Shown here one piece after another: positions 38,601-45,098 of a DNA stretch of 64,000 bases (positions are counted from its first letter, which is position 1; each line of letters starts with the position of its first letter). The notes below the pieces were generated by a model. It made no database searches and was not told the origin of the DNA. It saw only the letters and a list, made by a program, of their open reading frames with translations. The translations under genes were made by a program, and so were the position numbers. This DNA comes from Candidatus Scatosoma sp. (GTDB taxonomy: Bacteria; Bacillota; Clostridia; Christensenellales; Borkfalkiaceae). Location: the NCBI GenBank assembly GCA_045632265.1, contig JAZQWG010000003.1, positions 2,511 through 66,510 on the forward strand. The letters run 5' to 3'.

Positions 38601-40184
38601 AAATTCGTCGGTGATTGCTTTAGAGTAATGCCCCATCGCGCCCGTGCCGGGGATAACTACGTATTCGGCAATCATTTCCGTTTTGCTTTCGTCGCCAAGC
38701 ATTTGGTTTACGAAATCGTAAGGGTTGCCGTTTTCGTCACGGGATTCTTCAAAGAATACGAAGCTGTCGTCTTCGCCGTTTTGATTAAGACCGATCATGT
38801 ACGGGGATTCTTGACCGCTGATACTTGCAACGGAAAGCGCCGATGCAAACGTCGAGGGCGAACCTACCGTGCTGGAATCGGGGTTTTGTTTCAAGTTCGT
38901 ACCAAACACACCGCCGTAGCCCGAGCTGTAATCGTTGCTCGCTGCGCAAACAAGGCTGATGCCCTCGTCCGCAATCGCTTCGTAAACGGCGTTGAGCATT
39001 TCCCCTTCATCGTCGCCGTCGTCCGTCGTCGAGAAACCGCACGACGTACCAAGCGACATGTTGATAACGTCAACGCCAAGCATTACGCAGTCTTCCAAAG
39101 CTGCGATGATATTTTCCGCTTCCGCACCGCCAAGTTCGGTCGATTCCAAATCGTCGGTGAATACTTTACAGATAACGAGCTGCGCATCGGGAACTACCCC
39201 TCTAAACACTTCGTGAACGTCGTTGCCATCCTTGTCGGTGTAGCCGTTTTCATTATAACCGCCGATGATACCCGCTACGTGCGTGCCGTGGTTGGAATAG
39301 GAAGGATATACGTCGGGGTCGTTATCAGCATAGTCGTATGCGAAAGGAATTTTCGAGCTTACGTAAACGTCTTTCGTTTCCAAGCCGTTAGAACGCTTTT
39401 CAGACGTAAGGTTGTTGGCGTTCAACTTTTGCGTGACGGTGTCCGTATTCCATGCGGGATTTTCCGGTTGACGTTGGTACGCTTCGTGCGTGTAGTCCAA
39501 GCCCGTGTCAAGGATTGCAACAACCGTGCCTTCGCCGTAATCGTTTTCCGAGCCCGTCACGTCCGTAAACGACGTGGAATCGTAAATACCCGTCTTGTAC
39601 ACGCTCGTCATGTTAAATACTTCTTGCGTGGACGAAGTGGTAAACGTCTTAGGTTCAGAATACGCCGTCGTGATAACAACCGATTCTACGCCTTGCATTT
39701 TCTTGATTTGCGAAACGTATTTGGTGTTCACTTCAATCGCAACTGCGTTGAGAAGGGTTTCGTATCTGCCCTCTTCTTTGAAGGAAATGCCTTCTTGCGC
39801 CAAAGCACGAAGGAAAGCGTTTTGTTCGCTGCGGATAGACGAAAGGGTGTTTTGTCCCGTGAACGTATTAAGATAATCTTGAACGGTCGTCTTCGATGCT
39901 TCCGCTACGCTATCCCCTTCAAGCGTGACCATAACGGTACGCGTTTCGTACGTGGGTTTCTTATCCGTGTTTTTCAATACGGAATCGTTCAACTGACTTT
40001 CACGCAAGCTGGACGTATCTATCGTACCCGTCACGTCTTTGAACCCAACGCTTGCGCTGGTAGCGCTCGTCAAATTGAGTAGTTCGTTAGACGCACTCGA
40101 ACGAATTGCTTGTTCCACAACAAGCGTCGAAGCAAGACCAAGCGAAAGCGCTCCGCAAAGTATCCTTCTCCATTTTTTCTTCAT
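32625..40184 (-). CDS. Giant membrane-anchored surface protein: subtilisin-like S8 protease with PA insert, Big_2 domains, BspA-type leucine-rich repeats and Ig-like domain
   Basis: The likely start is MKKKWRR (ATG 40184), whereas the track starts at 40202. It has signal peptide LCGALSLGLASTLV. The catalytic motifs are VAILDTGLD (Asp about 232), HGTHVAG (His about 305) and SGTSMASPNMAG (Ser about 677), with a PA-like insert between His and Ser. Big_2-like domains lie at about 1250-1420. About 800 aa of IGxxAFxxCxxL repeats follow. The C-terminal anchor is LSALGVIGFAAALGFVVKKRKMK, with no LPXTG. Confidence 0.85.
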   Translation of the reverse strand: MKKKWRRILCGALSLGLASTLVVEQAIRSSASNELLNLTSATSASVGFKDVTGTIDTSSLRESQLNDSVLKNTDKKPTYETRTVMVTLEGDSVAEASKTTVQDYLNTFTGQNTLSSIRSEQNAFLRALAQEGISFKEEGRYETLLNAVAIEVNTKYVSQIKKMQGVESVVITTAYSEPKTFTTSSTQEVFNMTSVYKTGIYDSTSFTDVTGSENDYGEGTVVAILDTGLDYTHEAYQRQPENPAWNTDTVTQKLNANNLTSEKRSNGLETKDVYVSSKIPFAYDYADNDPDVYPSYSNHGTHVAGIIGGYNENGYTDKDGNDVHEVFRGVVPDAQLVICKVFTDDLESTELGGAEAENIIAALEDCVMLGVDVINMSLGTSCGFSTTDDGDDEGEMLNAVYEAIADEGISLVCAASNDYSSGYGGVFGTNLKQNPDSSTVGSPSTFASALSVASISGQESPYMIGLNQNGEDDSFVFFEESRDENGNPYDFVNQMLGDESKTEMIAEYVVIPGTGAMGHYSKAITDEFKKNRAEGIMSIALVERGESTFQEKVQMAKRMGADAIIVYNNVAGLIRMNLGEIEDSMRIPAVSIDKESGKTLIDALRDQNGNLPNLPVGKIKICRDTSAGPFMSEFSSWGPTHDLKLKPEITAHGGEITSTVPGGYGEQSGTSMASPNMAGVMAIIRNYIKANPALRALATEGTEVNPVLINRLANQLIMSTATTVRDKGGRPYSPRKQGAGLGSLDNVVNNTSAYLWVDNAGSDYRPKLEIGDDPQKTGVISKDRLTFKLSNFGTNELSFTTSHLFFTETVESGGLAVAEQAYMLDDVASEWYVNGSKLSGDEITVEAGATLTISVELNLSNDELKYFEQNFPNGMYLEGFLQLKSTSASQCDLSIPFLGFHGDWEGSAMLDYDAYEVAKDEADPSLEDSEKKQASVWATQPYSIYYNEKYILPMGGYVYLVDENDDPVYTDEKYNSISRYNNYYGEDNTENYLTTTGIKAVYAGLLRNARLVTYSLINEETGEAVFVNKEINRVGKAYAGGGQAVPGNVELELYPEEYGLLANGVYRMDFTFYMNDPDEYTIFADDPNLPEGANPNNMRGEYSFTFTVDYDAPVLQDARVRYKTIKDSSGKEKQSIYLDLDVYDNHYAQAIMLCYPKTNSQGELVLQLATDYATPVRSQTKNGTTTVSIDITDIYEQYGNQLYVQIDDYAVNSCLYQLDLDTMHSSQLPENGDFALASGEDNISLDIYGTHKVKLVYDGNASIANFSWTSDTPTVAAVKDGEIVGLSEGTATISVSNRKGGVQKITVNVSNKKKTLSEPSISLGVIKTSGEALSKAEGRVDVNPGQNFQLQLITDPWYHPMTGYTVVWKSYDESVATVDQNGNVKTLKKGTAAVEAKLYRGNVPTMNLATVTLNVVNEFNVSNYTLNKYNGVGYSTDKDDGILWIPTDMNIMYIGEDAFKDNDNVRIVVIPASVVQIQEGAFENCSALEAVYFVSTKHRETYVNGVKQVDQSIDFADCSLINAGAFKNCTNLKKIDLTNAKTITIAQDCFSGCTSLDEIVKMSNLGTLYHRAFKGCTSLSEIDLSGTFVMGNNVFEGCIGLEDIKTDRFTSIGREAFKNCTGLRGELVLNTPNIGEGAFAGCVNLGGVVFESPNGYSLEFDIGARAFENCGLNTRYGFSVDFGNEIIRTIGVDAFIGSGITEIAINDSFAFEALRLGGMSFNNITIKLSDNYAGDKYAEVNGAIYSQDMSKLLFVNTSLTGEFVVPASVTEIGSYAFANSKLTKVSFEDAGSLTKMGEGAFYGAKILDIDLSGTSITSLPAYAFYLATNLSSIVLPTSATKVEDFAFAYSGIREAFLPNVEYIGNDAFELCSMIEKVLTGNSKVEGAIVVSSKLTAIGDSAFFYCVSLESVELPNITEMGDYVFAYASKLQSATFGADSTAVGNFTFIYTALQSFTFAEGQMEAGTAMFGECSNLREVTLSPLTQKTIMVGGVETIIYNTVKEQAFSDCRRLTVVNNLDKVVYVGAKAFYNAGLTNLELLEAKEVGYGAFAVENEYGTKEAAYTAINMPKVEKIGAYAFLNGGETYVELPASVKEIGYGAFASSKNLKGFKVSQDNATFLTMDVDANGYGVLYRYIDKTAQTYEIVCYPAARVEATKTYKIADGTLYVQSAAFLELNSGALVGVVLPYSVNAIGDSAFFRSGIKTYTFESVQAPILETSYREEVTLWVEEVADEQAVAYYKGYYYTNFETYFYDFTQFGGKESTLEMKYPVNGVGYDSYVYATYFGTRAQTEIVMSDTTRDFITDLNGLPMDDIRAWATWDKTDEAKKTEVIDCAEMIKSLRTTYDLLIKDAGQKDFVADKETQLKAAEEAIRGAKSNFGIIAKIKGHTIDTSTFKKSYLVGEKFDITGMKITLKYDDNTTRVVSTENLTLLSEYNKELERTDSYVRIRYQDADNTYTFRVSIEVKEVEVEEPTVDVPTTDNEVVEQPEEKGCKNSLSALGVIGFAAALGFVVKKRKMK

Positions 40185-40430
40185 AAAGCCTCCCGACCGC
40201 AAAATGCGGCCTAATCAATCGTTTCTTTAGAGTAAAATCTGCCTTTTTCGTGCCTTTTTTGTCGTTTGCACAATTAGAGCATTATAACACATTATACCAT
40301 ATTATTTTATAACAAATCCAGCCGCCTTGTCAAGTATTTTCTCGTGCGTATGCGCATAATGTGAGTTTTATAATAAAAATTTTATTATAGCGTTTTTGCC
40401 AAATTATCCCCTTTCCCTAAAAACGAACGC

Positions 40431-40459
40431 TTGACTTTCCCTTGGGAAAGGGGTATAAT
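40431..40459 (+). promoter_or_regulatory. Consensus promoter with a 7-2-7 palindrome in the spacer
   Basis: TTGACT (40431-40436), 17 nt, TATAAT (40454-40459). CTTTCCC-TT-GGGAAAG spans 40435-40450, overlapping the last two bases of the -35 hexamer and most of the spacer. Confidence 0.6.
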
Positions 40460-40468
40460 AGGGGTAAT

Positions 40469-41950
40469 ATGGAAAACGTACAAACGGAAGAAACCGTACA
40501 AAACACACAAGAAAAACCCATATCCGGCGTTGAAACGAAATCGTTTATCGTTATCGTGGTGCTTCTTTCCCTTATCATTGCGCTAAGCGGAATCCTTTCG
40601 TATATTATTCCACAAGGGTATTACGCGCGCACCGAGCAGGGGTACATTCTCCCCGATTCGTTTATTCTCGGCGAAGTGGAAGGCATTGCTATTTGGCGTA
40701 TCATCACCGCCCCCTTCCGCGTTTACGCATCCGAGGATTCGCTGACGATTATTTTGATAAGCGTGTTCTTGCTTATCATGAGCGGCGTTTTCAACCTTAT
40801 GGACAAGACGGGCGGCATACGAATTTTTATCGGCAAAACGATGAAAAAGTTTGCTTCAAAAAGCAAACTCGTCGTATGTATCACAACCCTTATCTTTATG
40901 CTCTTTGGCAGCTTCTTTGGGTTGTTTGAAGAACTTGTCACCTTGCTTCCTATCGTTATCTTGTTCATGCTCTCGCTTGGGTACGATAGCATGACGGGGC
41001 TTGGCGTATGTATGATGGCGGCGTGCTTTGGTTTCTCGGCGGCAATCACCAACCCCTTCTCGGTGGGACTTATCCCCGAAATGGCGGCGGACAGCGGACT
41101 TTCCTTTAGCGTTATCGACGGGTTGTGGCTGCGTATCGTCTTCTTCTTTTGCGTATTCGCCGTCGTTTGCGGTTTCTTACTTTTACATATCCGTAAAATC
41201 AAGAAAAACCCGAAAAAATCACTCAGCTACGAAATCGACTTAAAGAAACGCGAATCGTTGCAAGCGCAACTTTCCGCAACCGACATCGACCCTGCAAAAG
41301 AACAACGTCTTTTCAAGGTTTTCGCCGTATTCTTCGCCGTGCAATTCACCCTTTTGGTGTTGATTGCAAGCGTGCGTGCGATTAGCGGCTACGCTATCCC
41401 TATCCTTGCCGTAAGCTTCCTTATCGGCGGCATTATTTGCGGGCTTCTCGTTTGCGAGAAAAAGAGCGAAGCCTTCCGTTATCTTGGCAAAGGCGCACTT
41501 TCTATGTTGCCCGCAGTCCTTTTGATTGCCCTTGCTTCTTCCGTAAAACTCGTTATGGTAGAAGGCGGCATTATGGACACGGTTATGTACTACGTCACCG
41601 AGTACTTGAAGGGGCGCAACCCCTATACGTGCGTGATTTTGTTGTATTTCCTTATCTTGGTTTTGCAACTTTTCATCGGCTCGGCAAGCGCAAAAATCTT
41701 CTTGATTATGCCCATCGTTTTGCCTATCGCCGCAAACCTTGGCATTTCCCCCACCGTCGTTGCACTCACCTATTGTATCGCCGACGGCTTCACCGATATG
41801 ATTTTGCCTACCAACCCCGTCCTTATCATCGGTCTTTCGATTGCGGGCGTTTCCTACGGCAAGTGGGTGAAATGGACGTGGCTTATGCAACTGTTCTTGT
41901 TCCTTTTCACCATTTTGGTCCTGCTCTTCGCCGTTGCAATCGGCTACTAA
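40469..41950 (+). CDS. YfcC/DcuC-like anaerobic carrier family transporter
   Basis: About 493 aa and polytopic. The N-terminal pattern SFIVIVVLLSLIIALSGILSYIIPQG...FNLMDKTGG is typical of the YfcC family. The ATG lies only 9 nt after the -10 box. The track TTG start at 40442 lies inside the promoter. Confidence 0.7.
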   Translation: MENVQTEETVQNTQEKPISGVETKSFIVIVVLLSLIIALSGILSYIIPQGYYARTEQGYILPDSFILGEVEGIAIWRIITAPFRVYASEDSLTIILISVFLLIMSGVFNLMDKTGGIRIFIGKTMKKFASKSKLVVCITTLIFMLFGSFFGLFEELVTLLPIVILFMLSLGYDSMTGLGVCMMAACFGFSAAITNPFSVGLIPEMAADSGLSFSVIDGLWLRIVFFFCVFAVVCGFLLLHIRKIKKNPKKSLSYEIDLKKRESLQAQLSATDIDPAKEQRLFKVFAVFFAVQFTLLVLIASVRAISGYAIPILAVSFLIGGIICGLLVCEKKSEAFRYLGKGALSMLPAVLLIALASSVKLVMVEGGIMDTVMYYVTEYLKGRNPYTCVILLYFLILVLQLFIGSASAKIFLIMPIVLPIAANLGISPTVVALTYCIADGFTDMILPTNPVLIIGLSIAGVSYGKWVKWTWLMQLFLFLFTILVLLFAVAIGY

Positions 41951-41977
41951 AAACGACGAAAAATACAATATAAAAAA

Positions 41978-42010
41978 CGCGGAAGTGAATTCCGCGTTTT
42001 TGTTTTTATG
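41978..42010 (+). terminator. Rho-independent terminator
   Basis: Stem CGCGGAA/TTCCGCG followed by TTTTTGTTTTT. Confidence 0.7.
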
Positions 42011-42011
42011 T

Positions 42012-42044
42012 AAGAAAACCGCCCCCGACACGTATCGGGGTCGG
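42012..42044 (-). terminator. Terminator at the end of the microcompartment operon
   Basis: Stem CCCCGA/TCGGGG with GC-rich flanks. On the minus strand it is followed by GCGGUUUUCUU. Confidence 0.55.
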
Positions 42045-42065
42045 TTTGATTTTTTCTCTTAAAAA

Positions 42066-42347
42066 TTACAACAAATAATAAGGCATGTCGTCGCCAAAGC
42101 TTACTCTTTCAAAAGCGTTTTTCGTCGTTTTCTTGCAAGCGGGTTTCTTTGCGGGCGCCTTCTTTGCCGCAGGCTTTTTCGCCACTTTTGCTTCCGTTGC
42201 TGCTTCTACGGGCGCAACCATTTTTTCCATTACTTGCTCGTCAAGATTTGCAATCACGTTGCTGTTCTCCATGTCGGGTGCGCTCGTCTTTACGTTAGAA
42301 TACCCGTTGTTTTCCACTCTTTTAATTGCATTTTTACCGATTGGCAT
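42066..42347 (-). CDS. Small disordered Lys/Ala/Pro-rich protein, candidate ParA partner (McdB-like)
   Basis: 93 aa. It has a basic N-terminus MPIGKNAIKRV, a central AKVAKKPAAKKAPAKKPACKK and a C-terminus FGDDMPYYLL. Its start overlaps the parA-like stop by 14 nt. Confidence 0.55.
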   Translation of the reverse strand: MPIGKNAIKRVENNGYSNVKTSAPDMENSNVIANLDEQVMEKMVAPVEAATEAKVAKKPAAKKAPAKKPACKKTTKNAFERVSFGDDMPYYLL

Positions 42348-43125
42348 ACTCCATAATCTCCTTTGTTAAATTGATATATTCCACGGCGCTACGGCTCGTC
42401 TTTTTATACGCTACAACGGGCTTGCTGTTGTCTTGTGCCCATTCCACCGCGCTATCTACGCGGACGTAGTTGTCAAACAAGCGAGTGCCGTCCATTTCTT
42501 TGAGAATATCCATCGTTTGCTTGAAGTATTTTTTGCGTTCATCCGCTTTCGTAATCGCAATACCAAGCACTTCTAATCTGGGTGCAATGGTCTTTGCTTG
42601 ATTGCAAAACTCGAACATGTTCGCCAAGCCAAACAAACCCCAAGGGCTTGCTTCTACGGGGATAACCACGTAATCGGATGCACACATAACGTTCATTACC
42701 CAGCCGCCAAGCGTGGGGGGCGAATCAATGAGAATATAATCGTAATAGCCCGTTGCTTTTACCCTTTCCAAGCACTTTCTCAAAACGAATTCTCTTTGCC
42801 ATTTTGCGAACAAATCAAATTCGATACCACTCATAAGGGAAGAGGAAGGGATAATATCCAAGCCTTCAATGCCCGTATTTACGATGAAATCGGTTAAATC
42901 CTTTTCCATCTTAATTGCGGTGTGGATATTTTTGCCGCCTTGCGCAAACTCAAGCGCTTGTTCTTCATCGAAATAGGAAATGGTGAGATTGAGCTGCATA
43001 TCGCCGTCAATCATAAGCACCTTTTTCCCTTCTAACGCCATTGCGCAACCAACGTTGGAACAAGTGGTGGTTTTGCCGCTGCCGCCTTTGTTATTTGCAA
43101 AGGCAATTACTTTTGTTTTGCTCAT
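42334..43125 (-). CDS. ParA/MinD-family P-loop ATPase (McdA-like candidate)
   Basis: 263 aa with deviant Walker A FANNKGGSGKTT, then LMIDGDMQ and LIDSPP. AAGGAAG RBS. It starts 19 nt after the EutP/PduV-like stop. Confidence 0.85.
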   Translation of the reverse strand: MSKTKVIAFANNKGGSGKTTTCSNVGCAMALEGKKVLMIDGDMQLNLTISYFDEEQALEFAQGGKNIHTAIKMEKDLTDFIVNTGIEGLDIIPSSSLMSGIEFDLFAKWQREFVLRKCLERVKATGYYDYILIDSPPTLGGWVMNVMCASDYVVIPVEASPWGLFGLANMFEFCNQAKTIAPRLEVLGIAITKADERKKYFKQTMDILKEMDGTRLFDNYVRVDSAVEWAQDNSKPVVAYKKTSRSAVEYINLTKEIMEYANR

Positions 43126-43144
43126 ATTTATTCTTCCTTGTCTA

Positions 43145-43663
43145 TTACAACAGCCACGTATCCAAAGTTTTATTGACCGTCGTTGTTTCCTTTTCTTCCG
43201 TCTTTTTCTCTATTTTACGAACCTTTTTCTTGCCCGTTTCGTCGTTGAGAAAATCGACAAGTTCCTTTATCCCCTCACCCGTAATCGAACTGACGGGAAA
43301 CACCTTTTTACAGCCCGCCAACTTCAGCCATCTTACAACCCTTTCCACGTTGCCGTCCGGCTTATCAATGCCCGTGACAATGCCTATCGCTTCACGGTTG
43401 ACCATGCTCGTTAAACAAGGTGGGAAGATGGAATAGGGCTCGTTTGAAGAAAGCACCAAGCCCACCACGTCCGCTTCGTATGCGTATAAAGCGAGCGCAC
43501 CACTCGTTTCTCGTCTTTCGGTGTATTCCCCTGGGGTGTCGATAACGGTGTCCAAATAATTGACGTACTGCGTTTTGAAATATTTAATTTCTTCACCGCG
43601 CAAGGCTTGCGTGAGCGTCGTTTTGCCCGCACCTACCCTGCCAAATAACATAATTTTACGCAT
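43145..43663 (-). CDS. EutP/PduV-family small GTPase with a about 30-aa Lys/Glu-rich C-terminal tail
   Basis: 172 aa. It contains MRKIMLFGRVGAGKTTL...IDTPGEY. The tail is GKKKVRKIEKKTEEKETTTVNKTLDTWLL. Confidence 0.8.
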   Translation of the reverse strand: MRKIMLFGRVGAGKTTLTQALRGEEIKYFKTQYVNYLDTVIDTPGEYTERRETSGALALYAYEADVVGLVLSSNEPYSIFPPCLTSMVNREAIGIVTGIDKPDGNVERVVRWLKLAGCKKVFPVSSITGEGIKELVDFLNDETGKKKVRKIEKKTEEKETTTVNKTLDTWLL

Positions 43664-43691
43664 TTGTCTTTATCGTTTTCCGTGCTTGATA

Positions 43692-44051
43692 TTAGGTTTT
43701 CGTGAGTTCGCAACAAGTATAACCAAGCTTGTTGATGCAGTATTCTCTAATCGCCACGAACGCCGCTTCTACGGACGAAACGCTGCCCGTGATAATAAGC
43801 GTACCCGTGAATCTATCTACGAAGCCGATTTCCGCACCCGATGCCTTCATAGCAATATCCGCCGCGATAACGGCGCTTTCGTAAGGAATAACCGTCAATA
43901 CGCCGATAGCGCTTCTCGTGTAATCGGTTTGCGGATCCAAACCAAGCTTCGTGTACAGCGTTTCGCCAGGGTTGGCGATGATGTGGCAAAGCGTGATTTG
44001 CTTACCAGGCACGAATTCTTGTATAATTGTCATTTTATCTTTGAGTTCCAT
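43692..44051 (-). CDS. Circularly permuted BMC-H shell protein (PduU/EutS-like)
   Basis: 119 aa. It contains IIQEFVPGKQITLCHIIANP...GVLTVIPYESAVIAADIAMKASGAEIGFVDRFTGTLIITG. Confidence 0.8.
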   Translation of the reverse strand: MELKDKMTIIQEFVPGKQITLCHIIANPGETLYTKLGLDPQTDYTRSAIGVLTVIPYESAVIAADIAMKASGAEIGFVDRFTGTLIITGSVSSVEAAFVAIREYCINKLGYTCCELTKT

Positions 44052-44199
44052 ATATCACTCCTACGGATGATTTCCGTTTTTGTTTTTTTCATAACGCCTA
44101 GCGGCGTTGCATGCAAATACCTTAACACCGTAAACGGCGTAGATGCGAGCAAGACGAGAAGGGCGCGGATTTGCCCATCTACGATAAAGCTACACAAAA

Positions 44200-44245
44200 G
44201 CGATAACGAAAGATAGAAATACTCGCCCGCGGTGGCTCACCGCTT
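44200..44245 (-). repeat. 46-bp intercistronic repeat with hairpin, copy A (downstream of activase)
   Basis: 40/46 identical to 45099-45144. The hairpin GCGGTG-AGC-CACCGC (minus-strand sense) lies at 44229-44243. Confidence 0.85.
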
Positions 44246-44263
44246 GCGAAGTAAATACGTCGT

Positions 44264-45049
44264 TTAACCGCCGATTTGGCATTTAAGACCGCTTTCTTCC
44301 GCCACCGACAAAAGATATTCCATCTTTTCTTTGCTGGGCGGTTGGATGTCCTTTAACGAGTAGTTGCGATCTAATCCCGTGTACTTGTCTTGACCTAATC
44401 TATGATAGGGCAACAAGTGGTGTTCCTTTACACCAGGGAGCGAAGCCGCAAATTTTGCAATCGCGCGGATTTCTTCCGCCGTATCGTTGAACGTAGGCAC
44501 GACGGGGGTGCGGATAATCAATTCTACACCGCTTTCCGCTATCTTTTTGGCGTTTGCCAAAATCAATTCGTTGCCCGCCTTCGTGTATTGCTTGTGCTTT
44601 TCGGAATCCATGTGCTTAATATCCATTAAGTACAAGTCCAAATAGGGCAAAATTTCTTGGATTTTTTCAAATTCGGCATAGCCCGTGGATTCCACCGCCG
44701 TATGCAAACCGTTTTGCTTGCACGCACGGAGCAAGTCACGCGCGAAGTCCACTTGACCAAGAATTTCCCCGCCCGACAACGTCACGCCACCACCACTTCT
44801 ACGATAGTATTGTGCGTCCGCAAGAATTTCGGGCATAATTTCTTCCACCGTCACGTCCTTGCCGACGATTTTTTCTTTGCCGTTTTCCACCATCGTTTGG
44901 ATGGCGTATTCTTGCGATTCGGGGTTGCAACACCATGCGCAACGCATATAACAGCCTTTGAAGAATACGATGGTGCGGATTCCCCTTCCGTCATGGATGG
45001 AGAACCGCTGAATATTAAATATTCTTCCTTTCGTATCGTAAATGCTCAT
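44264..45049 (-). CDS. Glycyl-radical enzyme activating enzyme (radical SAM), short PflA-like form
   Basis: 261 aa. It has the CYMRCAWC radical SAM CxxxCxxC motif and SGGE. No Cys-rich ferredoxin-like insert follows the cluster motif. Confidence 0.85.
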   Translation of the reverse strand: MSIYDTKGRIFNIQRFSIHDGRGIRTIVFFKGCYMRCAWCCNPESQEYAIQTMVENGKEKIVGKDVTVEEIMPEILADAQYYRRSGGGVTLSGGEILGQVDFARDLLRACKQNGLHTAVESTGYAEFEKIQEILPYLDLYLMDIKHMDSEKHKQYTKAGNELILANAKKIAESGVELIIRTPVVPTFNDTAEEIRAIAKFAASLPGVKEHHLLPYHRLGQDKYTGLDRNYSLKDIQPPSKEKMEYLLSVAEESGLKCQIGG

Positions 45050-45098
45050 AGTGTTTTCCTTTTTAATTTATTTCTCTCTTCGACAACGCTTTGTTTAT

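Noticed and set aside
32724-40082. A 2,452-aa ORF on the plus strand, plus similar very long antisense ORFs. These include 21189-24326, 45122-47695, 55687-58116, 25935-27644, 7343-8818, 8937-10067, 1755-3038, 13583-14863, 52182-53384, 58140-59567, 30642-31679 and 28401-29264.
   Set aside because: Each one mirrors a well-supported gene on the other strand, and 55687-58116 even spans two sense genes. Their translations are Arg/Val/Phe/His-rich with no recognisable domains, signal peptides or RBSs. They stay open because the sense genes rarely use codons whose reverse complement is a stop (TTA, CTA, TCA) in that phase. They are a codon-usage artefact, not genes.
12700-40184. The envelope-protein region as a horizontally acquired genomic island or prophage.
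   Set aside because: No integrase, transposase, flanking direct repeats or obvious compositional break was seen. Promoter and RBS style and codon habits look the same as in the housekeeping genes.
40442-40468. N-terminal extensions suggested by the ORF track, at 40442, 10835, 20098, 10196, 16006, 60540, 63133, 4678, 11724 and 40202.
   Set aside because: These upstream starts are TTG or poorly placed ATG codons. They would put the obvious RBS or promoter inside the coding region. Downstream ATGs with AGGAGG-like sites, and matching paralogue or signal-peptide N-termini, were preferred.
42066-43125. ParA plus small basic protein as a plasmid or chromosome partition (ParAB/ParFG) locus.
   Set aside because: There are no parS-like repeat arrays, replication genes or mobile-element genes nearby. 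The pair is translationally coupled to the end of the BMC operon, 19 nt after the PduV-like gene, and is followed by the operon terminator. The histone-like AKKP repeats mean DNA binding cannot be excluded.
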